Source: Octopus bimaculoides
Lineage: Eukaryota
Direction: 5' to 3'
Assembly: GCF_001194135.2 (NCBI RefSeq)
Contig: NC_068989.1
Location: forward strand, 36,636,941-36,672,354
DNA: 35,414 nt
In this document: in pieces, positions 20,374 through 31,219 of the stretch
Numbering within the stretch: the first letter of the stretch is position 1
How the letters are laid out: each line of letters starts with the position of its first letter
Translations under genes and position numbers: made by a program
The notes under the pieces: generated by a model
Told to the model about the DNA's origin: nothing
Database searches by the model: none
What the model saw: only the letters and a program-made list of their open reading frames with translations

Positions 20374-22865
20374 TATATACTATATCTGATACCCAGGAAA
20401 TATTCTAGAGAGAATAAAGTTTTTAATGTGAAACTGTAGAACGTTTCCATAGCAACATGGCAAGCTGGTTAATGCATTAACACACGGTGCAAAATGCTTA
20501 GCAGCATTTCATCCATTTTTATGTTCTGAGTTCAAATTCCACCAAGGCCAACTTTGCCTTTCATCCTTTTGGGGTTGATAGATTAAGTACCAGTTGAACA
20601 TGGGTTGAGGTAACTGACTAAACCCCTCCCCCAAAATTTGAAATCAATATAGAATTCCTACACAAAGAGTATATATTTTTAGGCTTCCTTTAAGAGCAAA
20701 GTTATGAAAAGGGGTCCAGGAGTTACTATCAGAGAAAAAGGGATCCAATAGATACATAAAAAAAAAGAGGGGTGGACATCAAGCAGATACTTTCAGAGAA
20801 AGAGTAGTCAAAGACATTCCTTGAAAAGTGGGTTCCTAACAACACTCTCTCTCACTCACACTAGAACAGAGCAGAATAAATGTCACATGGGAAAACAAGA
20901 TCTGAACCCTTCAAGTTAAACAAACACCTTTAAGGAAAAGTGATCACATCTCTTCTACAAGAACAGACCTACATGCACCCAAATACCCACAAATAAATAA
21001 GTAAATTAATAAATAGAATAAATAAGCAAATAAAATAATTAAATAAATAAATAGATGTCTGACCTCCTTACAATTTCAAAGTTTAAATAAATTATTTAGT
21101 AGCATGGAGTTTGACTGATGTATATTAAATAACAAAAACGTCATCAGCTGCATGGAATAAACTTTTGCAAAAAGCATTCCAATGCTAACCTTTCAAAGAG
21201 TACAGGCATACCCAACCTATACTGAATGTGTTATAAAAGGTCTCTTTTTCATTATTATTATCTTTATTATTTGGGATTGTGCCAATGAAGTAAATCATTA
21301 TTACCATCCTTATTATATATTCTCATTGCTATATATTGAGTTGTCATGCTAATGTAATAAAATATTTAAAAAATCATTATTCTGATTTTCTTTAATTTTT
21401 CACAAAGATGTAAACTGTTGATTACACCCTTTTCACCCACAAACATTCCAAGATTGTGAATAAAATAGAAAAATGTCTTGTCTCTCATACAGTTTTTACA
21501 GTTGAAACTCTCTTTTAAAAAAAGCCACCATGCTACATCTAGGAAGCAGGATTAAGTGGGTGGGCAATCAACAGTTATTGATACGTATATATAAATAAAA
21601 AAAAAAGCAAGACAGATAACCTTATGACCTGCAGTAAAATATTCACTAGATTATGGATGTTAGAATCTACTGTTTATATCTCAACATTCCATGTAATACC
21701 AGTAGCATTAGAGAGATATCTAGCGTGTTGTGAGCTATGTAAGGCATCTGATTGGTTCTCATTCACTGTTCCTGACCAACCACTGGTTAAGGTGCTCTCA
21801 GCATACAGACAATAAATTTAGTTACAGAACATGAATTTTACAATCTCTAAACATTCGTTATTTAATAAGCTTTTGCCTCCATTAATGATTATTATTATTA
21901 TTATTGTAGTTGTTATTAATAACAATAAACAGAAACTAGCAAACTTTTTAAACATTTTTCTTTTATTCTGGCAGAATCGTTAGCATGCCGGGCAAAATGC
22001 TTAAAGGCATTTTGTCCATCTTTACATCCCGAGTTCAAATTCTGAGGTCGACTTTGCCTTTCACCCTTTCAGGGTTGATAAATTAAGTAACAGTGAAACA
22101 CTGGGGGTCAATGCAATAGACTAGTCCCCTCCACCAACATTTCAGACCTTGGATTATTATTATTATTATTATAGAGAATCAGCCACAAGGTAAACAGACA
22201 GATTAGACTGCTCCTGTGTTGCCTACACACAATTAGAAAATTAAAAGAAGCTTAATGGTTTGTTACATCAATATCATAGTTTAGAACAGAAACATATTAT
22301 TAAGGCAGACCTTAGTAATTTTATAAGAGTGGTAATGAGAGACCAAAACAATATTGAATGGAATGCAGTGCCAGTCAGTGGGGTGAAGTTGTGAATTCAG
22401 TAATTTGTTGTTGGAAGGCAAGAAAAGAATTTTAAGAATTATATAGCGAGATCTATCATTAATGTATGGAGTCATAAAAACTACAAATACTTTACTAGCT
22501 TTCTGTGCACACACACGTACATACATCTATATGAGTGCAGACAAGGCTGTGTGGCTAAGAAATGTGTTTCCCAGCTATTTGGTTTCAGGTTCAATCTCAT
22601 CGCACAGTACCTTGGCCAAATACCTTCTATTATGCTGGTTTACATGATTTTTTGTTGACTGTATATCTTTTACGAAATATATATGAAAAATAGTGATTCA
22701 CGGTGTTTTTTTTATTCATCTCTGTCACATCAAAATTACACAGAAATGTTACTTTTCTCTTTTTGTTTAAATAAATGGTAAAGTATATTACCAATGAAAA
22801 CACTTACATTATATTGACTTAGATATTAAATCTAATATATTTTACTTCATTTTCAGATTGTGAAT

Positions 22866-25055
22866 ATGCCTAGAGGCTGCATAAATTCTCCAGACATACT
22901 TTGCTATGTCTGCGAGCAATTCACCCCTTCAGGTTCCCAGAACAATATTACTCCTTTGTTGAAGCACTGCTATTTAGCTTATTTTGGCTGCAAATTAGGA
23001 GATCCGGACAAGGTATTTGCATCTCACAAAGCTTGCAAGAGTTGCATTAGTAAGCTCCAAATGTAGTCAGCTGGAAAACTGAAATGTATGCCCTTTGGAG
23101 TACCAATGGTATGGCAGGAGCAGATGAACCACCATGATAACTGCTACTTCTGCATGACTAATGTAGCTGAATTCAACAAGAAGACTAAGGATCGCATAAT
23201 ATACCCAAATATTCTGTCAGTAATAAGGCCTGTTCCACACTCAGATGAGGCCTGTTCCATACTCAGATGATAGTCCTGTACCTGTATCACCTGAGACATA
23301 GGAAATTTCATCAGAGTCTTATACTAGTAATACTAATGATATGGAAGTAGACTATGAACCACCAACAAATGATGATCCAAAACTCTTCAACCAATTTGAA
23401 CTTAATGACTTGGTGAGAAACCTTAACATTCCAAAAGAAAGTGCACAGTTACTTGGCTTTAGATTGAAGGAACACAGGCTTCTAACTCCTGGAACAACAT
23501 TCGCTTGGTACTTTTATCATGAAGCAGAATTCACTCAGTTCATTGAGAAACAGGATTCTTTAGTTTTCTGTTCAAATATTTCTAGCCTTATTGAACACAT
23601 GGGGATGACATATAAAGAAGATGAATGGAGGCTCTTCATTGGTACTTCTAACAGAAGTTCATAAAGGCTGTTTTCTACAATGGTAACATAGCTGTATCTG
23701 TGTCAATTGGCCATAGTGTCCAAATATCAGAAACTTATGAAAATATGAAGACACTAGTAACTGCCATCAAGTACCATAATCATAATTTTTTCATTTGTGG
23801 TGATTTAAAAGTTATTGCTCTCTTACTAGAAAATCAAGGGAGATACACCAAGTATCCCTGCTTTCTTTGTCTTTGGGATTGTAGGGCAGACAGCCAGCAC
23901 TATGAACAAAAAGACTGGCCACCAAGAACCAGCTTCTTAACTGGAAATCACAACATGAAAGCTGTGCCACAAGTTGACCCCAAGAAAGTTCTGCTGCCAC
24001 CATGTTGTTGTTGTTGGCATCCTTTTGTCTCGGGAGACAATGGAGTTGCACATAAAATAATCCAGTCTGTTTTTTACATTTCATGTCATTTACATCTGCT
24101 GTGGCTGTGTAGCCCTATCCTGGACAAACACTCCCTCTGGCAGGTGACGCAGATGTAGCTGCTACTTTTTACAGCAGCACTGAAGTGTCCTCTCCAGTTT
24201 TGCGCAGACCTGGGCTAGATGTAAGAAAATCCTGGGTAGCCCAATCATCAGGATTCCTCTCTCGACCTTGCTGACGTAGTCCAAAGAAATGCAGAGCATT
24301 ACGTTTGGCACCAGCTTGGTTGCTGGAGCTGCCGGAAGAGTATTGAGTTGAACACTAAACTGCTTACGGGAATCCACTCCAGATTTCTTTGAAGGTTGTC
24401 TCCTTTCCGTAACCCTGGATAGGGGCCCATACTGGGTACTGTCAGCTGGAGCCAGTTGAGCCTGGGACTCGTGTCAGGCAGGGTTGTCACTCCCTGAAGT
24501 AGTGAAGAAAATCGCTACCCATTACCTGCTGGCACCACTCCACATCAAATTAGGGCTTATGAAAAATTTTGTGAAGGCTCTGAACAAGAATAGAGCTGTT
24601 TTTGAGCACCTGGAGTCAAAGTTACCTCATATAGGTGAAGGCAAGCTAAAGGCAAGAATCTTTGATGAAGGACAAGCATTTTGAGGAAGCATTAGGTGTC
24701 AGGGTGAATGCCTGGTTTTTCTTCAAGTAGACTGTCCAAAACTTTTTGGGAAATAGCCACTCACCAGAATACGAAAAAAATAATTCAGGACCTGATTTCA
24801 AGTTTCCAACAACTTGGGTCTAGAATGAGTATCAAGATGCACTTTTTGCAATCACATCTTGACTATTTTCCCAAGAATTGTGGTGACTTCAGTGAGGAAC
24901 AAAGAAAGCGGTTCCCTCAGGATATTTGTACCATGGAAGCTTGATACCAGGGCAAATGGGATATCAGTATGATGGCAGATTACTGCTGGTTATTGACACA
25001 TGATGGTCTGGAAGCACAGCACAAGCAGAATTCAAAGTGGTCCTCTTTCTTTTGA
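22866..25055 (+). pseudogene. Decayed DDE-type DNA transposase (superfamily not firmly assigned; possibly Sola-like)
   Basis: Collinear fragments: MPRGCINSPDILCYVC..., MPFGVPMVWQEQMNHHDNCYFC, WRLFI, ICGDLKV, KYPCFLCLWDCR, VLLPP|LHIKLGLMKNFVKAL, MSIKMHFLQSHLDYFP, FSEEQRKRFPQDI, MADYCW. Several stops and frameshifts, a 22-bp duplication (23227-23270) and a 523-bp insertion. TIRs not resolved. Confidence 0.8.
24003..24525 (-). mobile_element. Bipartite non-autonomous RTE-derived retroposon nested in the transposase
   Basis: 12-bp TSD ctgctgccacca (23991-24002) / ctgctggcacca (24526-24537). Minus-strand (CAA)n tail after ccattgtctcccgagacaaaaggatgc. C-terminal zinc-finger remnant SYICVTCQRECLSRIGLHSHSRCK* (24160-24086). 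No RT domain. Confidence 0.8.
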
Positions 25056-25338
25056 AACAATATGTAGGCTAACCATTAGGAGCATATTCTTTTTAGATTC
25101 ATGATTCATTTCATGATGAACATGATTTATTTCATGTTGATTTGGAATACATATGTTCTTAAAAGTAACAGTGTATGCCAAAATGGTTTAGATATCTAAA
25201 ATAAACAACCCAAGAATATGTAAGATCACATCCATGAATAAAATTAAAAGAATTCCCAAATGTAGACCAGTGTTATAGCCCAGAGCCAACCAAAGCCTTG
25301 AGGTAGATGGAACCTGAAAGAAGCTTGTCATATATATA

Positions 25339-26618
25339 TGAGTGTGGGCTGAAAAATTCATAGGCCGACTATGAAGAAGTGATACTGGAGCTGTGAAATC
25401 TTGCATGCATTACTTTCAACCTTTCTTATTAATAATTGCATTGTTTCTTTCCATTCCAGGTTTACTGACAGATGACTGCTCAAAGAAGATTTCAAAAGTA
25501 GCTAGTAGCAACTTCTCTTGAAAATGGACAACATTTGGCATTGTAGTGTTATCGAGGACCTGCAGAAAAAGGGTTTAACCCCACAAGGACATTCATGCTG
25601 AGATGTTTGCTACATAAGCATTCCTGCTTTATTAACAGTGCAAAAGCAGGCCACTGAATTTAGGAGGGAAAGGGAGATTTTTGAAGATCATCCAAGGTCT
25701 GGACATCCTGCATCTGCCACCACTGAGGAAAACATTGATTGTGTTCACCACATGGTGATGGACGACAGGCAATTGACTATAAATCAAATAGCCAATGTTA
25801 TTAGCATATCCTATAAGAGAGTTAAAAATATCCTGCATAATGAACTGGACAAGATGAAGGTTTCTGCTCAGTGAGTGCCATACCTACTGACACCTGATCA
25901 AAAGTGCATCAGGCTGATCACATCATGGGAAAATCTGACACTATTTGAGGCATGTCCAGCTGGTTTCCTTGAACGTTTCCTAACTCATGATGAGTGTTGG
26001 GTTCATCACTTTGAGCCAGAGACAAAGAAATCATTCATGCAATGGAAACACCCCTCCTCTCCTGCTCCAAAGAAAGCTAAGGTCATCTGCAGCAAAGGTG
26101 ATGGCCTTAGTTTTTTTGGGATGCAAAAGGCATTGTGTTAATTGACTATCTTCAAAAAGGCCACACCATCAATGGAGAGTACTATGCCAATTTGCTGAGG
26201 CAGTTACACAAGGCTATCAAGATAAAATGCCCAGGAAAACTTACAAAAAGGGATTTATGTCATTAAGACAATGCTCCAGGATACAAGTCCTTGGTCTCAA
26301 TACCAACTGTGCATGACTGGTTTTGAACTGGTTCATGAACCTGCCTGTTCTTGGCCCCATCTGACTATCATGTGTTCCCCAACATGAAAAAACACTTGAC
26401 TGGGAACCAGTATTACAGTGATGACGTCATGTCTGCTGTTGATGACATTTTTGACAAATAGAACAAAAGCTTCTTCACTAATGAGATCCAAGCACCGCAA
26501 CACTGATGGAAGAAGTGCATGGATGACAAGGTGGACTAAGTTGAAAAATAAACCTCATCTGGTCGCATTCCATGCAGTATCTTGGCTGGCCTATGAACGT
26601 TTCAGCCGACCTTCTGTG
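25339..26618 (+). mobile_element. Decayed mariner (Tc1/mariner DD34D) transposon
   Basis: TIRs tgagtgtgggctgaaaaattcataggccgac / gctggcctatgaacgtttcagccgaccttc. Broken transposase 25524-26551 with HPRSGHP, *VPYLLTPDQK (WVP motif), LTHDECWVHHFEPETK, H*DNAP, LAPSDYHVFPNMKKHL. Confidence 0.9.
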
Positions 26619-27059
26619 TAGTAAGAAGCTTGCTTTGCAACTATATGGTTCCAGGTTCAGTACCACTGCTTGACACCTTGGACAAGAGTTTTCTACTATA
26701 GCCTTAGGCTGACCTAAGCCTTGCGAGTGAATTTGGTAGATGGAAACTTAAAGAAGCTTGTCATATATATATAGGGTCATCCCATAAATAATGTGGCTTT
26801 TTATACTTCTTTTATTTTTCAAAACTACAGTTAAGGGGAGGAAATGACTAGGGCAGTGAACTACATTTAGAGAATCATAATACAAACTTCTGAACTAACA
26901 ACCACAGCACTCAAGCAGTGGGCTTACTAGACAAACAAACAGTAATTGGCTAAACATTCCTAAACATTCAGCTGAGTGGTCCTATGAATAAGTACAAATA
27001 CCCAAATTAATTAAATGATTACAATTTAATTACTTGCTAATTATTATTATTGTTGCAGA

Positions 27060-28211
27060 TGCAGGCCCATACTACAGTTTGCTCAATCATACTTAATATA
27101 TATTATTATATTATTATTATTGTTGATATATGAATCCTTGCTTTGGTGTGTACATATGGGGGCTACCACAATTGCACTTCCATGCATGCATTAATATACC
27201 TAAGAACAATAATAGTTCATAGGAAAGCGCCAACTGCAATACAAAGTACAATTAAATACACTAAAGAGGTGTGAAGTTAATATTAAAGTGTTAAATTTAG
27301 TTATACGGGGGTAGGGGGTCTGAAATGAGTAAATCTAATAAGAAGTTAGCAATAAATGGAAATAGTCCCATGCTGACTGAAATTAGGTCCAGAATGAAAT
27401 TAAGTTAAGTTAAACAAGCTAACACATGATGTAGAGAAGTAAAGTTAGTTGCAAATAAAGCCATTGCTAAGGTGGCATGTCCAGGCTCAATTTAGGGGGT
27501 GGTGGTAATGGTGGGGGAATGGGTACTTATGCTCTCTATATTCTAAATTAGGTTTATAGTTAAAAGAACTGGTATTATTAAAGAGGGTGAGAAGGTTATA
27601 TTAAGGAGAGATAAACTGATAAATATATTATATAATTGAGTTATTATGTGTAATTTATTGTAATTAATTGATGGGCATTTTATTAGGATAAACTATTAAT
27701 TAGCACTATTGATGTAATTTTAAGAACTATTATGATTACTTCAAAACCTTATGACACTATCACTCCCTCTTTTTCTAGACCTATTGGTGTATCCTGTTAT
27801 GGTAATTTTTAAATTTTAATTATTTATTACTTATGCACCCTGTTACCCCCATAGAAAAATTAACTCACCAATTAATATTCTAAGTTTAGTCATTTACTCA
27901 ATGTCCTGAAGCGTCACATATGCAAAATGGTATGATTTAAATATATTAAACCTTTCACCTTCTTCTCGACGCTCTAATGAAGCTCCATGTTCTAGATCAG
28001 ATGTGTTACCAAATGTAATGAATATTATTTTCAGAATTTTCAATGGCAATACCGTGGAACATTGGAAGCAGAAACAGCTGTTAGATGGGATACAGTCAAT
28101 TTGTGTAAAAAAGTAATAATTGATGTTAGTCAATTGTTGTTGATCAATATTTCTCCATTTGCTGTTTACTTTAAATTTGATTCCTGATAAACTGAGGTTT
28201 ACTGTTGTCAT
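27060..28211 (-). mobile_element. Probable old LINE (CR1/L2-like) remnant: endonuclease-like motifs, possible ORF1 piece
   Basis: Minus-strand pieces in the expected order: MGVT, ITGYTNRSRKRGSDSV (cf. GY..R.DR..RGGGV), LLDLLISDP (cf. ILDLVL), LTSHLFSVF (cf. SDH..I.F). Many stops, strong G/C strand skew. Confidence 0.45.
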
Positions 28212-31175
28212 TGCCTATAACTTATGAGCATAATATGCTTGCATATGTATGCCCAGGATTAACATAGGTAATTATACCGGTAGTAAAACGGATACTTTTA
28301 TCCCTTAGATGTTTATTCCAGCCTCTAACACTACTAACCTTATATATATATATATATATATATTGTTTATGCCATAAAAATTTAGAAACTTTGAGAGAAT
28401 GTAAAATAATTTATCTGAAACTGTAGAACCCAAACTAGATAAAGCTATAAATAATAGCATGTACATATAGAGTTAAAAACCCTTTTGGATAGAAAAAGTT
28501 AAGTGCTTCAACTTCTACAGTTAAAAACGAATTATACACATACTCATACACACACATATACACACACACACAAAGACCTGTGTATGTGGATGTGTGTGTT
28601 GTGTGTTAAAGTATATACAGACTGCCCTAAATAATATAGTTGATTTAGGTAAGGCATATACCAATATTAATGATTAATTATCTCAGACAGGACTAACATA
28701 TGAGGAAGTGATTGTGTTATCAATGAACATAACAAAAATATGATTAATGGTACATCAAAGTCCACTCCTTGGGCAAGTGTCTTCTGTTACAATCCTGGGC
28801 TAGCTGAGGCCTTGAGAGTGGGTTTGTTAGATGAAAACAGAAAGCTTATTGTGCATGTATATACATGTGTATGTGTGTGTGTGTTTGTGGGTGTGTGTTT
28901 GTGGGTGTGTGTATGTGAGTATTAGTATCTTCTTGTCTTGGTATCTTGTGATAATTGTCAGGAAAGCAAGTTATGGGGAAGGAGTAAGTTGATTACATTG
29001 ACTCCAATGCTCAACTGGTACTAGTTTTATCAAGCCTGGAATCATGAAAGCAGAAGGTAGAGACAGATGAAATACTGCTAAGCATTTTGCCCAGCATGCT
29101 AACGGTTCTACCAGGTCACCGCCTTTAGCATAACCATCATCTTAGCAGTATCATTTATTTCAAATTGTCTGTGAAAACATGTCTAACCACAAGGAAATAT
29201 CACCTTGCTTGGAAACAGTTGAGGATTGGTGGTAGAAAAGGCATGGATGGATCAGATGATATTAACTGAGGTAGAATACTGCCTCAATGAATTCTGTTTC
29301 GCTCATACAAGCATGGAAAAGTAGACATTAAAACACTGATGAAAATGAAGATTACTAGTATTCAAAGTATTTATTAAAAGTAAATACTTAATACTGGTTT
29401 CAAATTCTAACACAAAGACAGAAACTTCAGGGAGGGGGTAAGTTGATTACATTGATCCTAGTTCTCAGTTGGTACTTATTTTATCAACCCCCAAAAAATG
29501 AAAGGCAAAGTCAGCCTCTGGAATTTGAACTCAGAATGCAAAAACAGACAAAATGCTGCCAAGCATTTTATCCAGTGTGCTAATGATTCTAATGATGCAG
29601 AAGTACTTAATATTCATAATTAAATGTAATTCATTCACAAAAAATTTCAATTGCAATAAGTTAAACACAGAAAATGGACTTTAACATGGAAACCACCACA
29701 TGGGAAATCCCTGGTGATGTAAAAGACCATGGCACCCATCTGTGTAATAAGAAACTTCTCATTCAACCAATTGCAATCTATTACTGCCCAGTGTAGTGGC
29801 ACACAAGTGTACATGGAGGTAAGTTCTTGTTTAAAAGCACGCTGTTTGGTTTCTGGCCCAAACTACTCCTTCAGCTCAAAATTGAAAATTTGGTCAAAGA
29901 AAAATTGCTTGGTAATTCTGCCAGTCCTTATAACTAACAATACAGCTTTCCTGGCCAGAGGTAGCTCTTGGTTTTAAAGTTATAAAGGCATAAAACTATT
30001 AAGTTATAAAGATTAAATAAACTGTAAGATGAACTAAAACCAAGTGTTTCATGAAGGCTCACCCTCTATATACACACTGGATCCAGAAAGAAATGTGAAG
30101 TGGGTACTCATCCGTGGGAAAGCATAACCACTATAGGGCACCTGTTCCAAAACAGTCTGAATCACTGAACAGTCATATCTGACTAGGTGTTATCTATCCA
30201 TGTGGCTTTCTCATCATAACTGATTTGAAGACTTTTTTATGAATGTACAAAAATGACTCAAAGAAACTGACATCTGAGTGAACTGAGCCAACCAGGGCAT
30301 ATTAAAATCAAGAGCTCAGTTTTAAGCAGAATAGAAATGTTGGCATTAATTAATGCCATTCAGGACTTCTTCAGGCATCAATTAATAACATATTAGATGT
30401 TGATATTCATCAACACAGACATGCCAGAAAACAGTAAAATATTGAAAAACAACAATCAAATCTCCTCAAAATAGAGAATACAGTCTTAGATGTAGGATGG
30501 TAGACATAATCCATTATCTGTTCTAACACTACTGCCTGACCATTGGGTGCCTTTTAAGTTCACCCTATTGCAAACATACTGAGTTTTCTCCTGATTAAAA
30601 GATTAAAAAAAAAAAAGATAAGCTGGTTATGGATTGAATATCTGATTTATAGTTTGACTCAATTACAACTGACCTAGTAAGATCAAGAGGATATACTTAT
30701 GAAATGCAAAAAATGTCCACTGTGAGAAATTGACCTCCTCAAAGATCACATATGAAAACTAGACTAGTGTAATTATTTTGAACAACTTGACCAGAAGTAA
30801 AAACCAAAATTATACAATGTTGAGTTTATAAAAGAAAATCATTAAATGGCCATACTGAGGGATATAAAGTTAAGACCTGGGAGAGACTGCACTGTTTTAT
30901 AGTAGGGTTGCAATTGCACCGATTACTAACTGGTGCAATTGAATCATGTGTTGGTCTTAAAAGGCAGTATAGAATTAAAGATAATGCTATTGCTAATTTG
31001 GAGTAGTCCTTATTTTTAATATTGTCAATATTTATACTCCAGGAAAGCTATATGGTTAAGGAAATATATTCAGAACTTTATTGGATTTACATGTTAACTG
31101 TTGAATAACATATTTTGAATACTTAATTGAGAGCAAACTAGTAATCATTTTGGGGTAATTCCTCTCTTTTTACTA

Positions 31176-31219
<44 letters not shown>

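Noticed and set aside
24400-24525. HDV-like ribozyme at the 5' end of the RTE derivative
   Set aside because: Only partial P1-like and P4-like pairings are visible; P2 does not close and no clear J4/2.
27330-27500. SMGLFPF stretch faintly recalling hepadnavirus/DIRS RT (PMG.GLSPF)
   Set aside because: No YxDD motif downstream and no convincing upstream RT motifs.
27060-27900. Possible mitochondrial insertion (NUMT), suggested by the strand skew
   Set aside because: Translation with the invertebrate mitochondrial code gave no recognisable mitochondrial protein or tRNA. LINE endonuclease-like motifs fit better. Not formally excluded without BLAST.
29729-29977. 82-aa ORF with a plus-strand GAG|GTAAGT donor at ~29819
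   Set aside because: No recognisable domain, no good acceptor, and no partner exons found.
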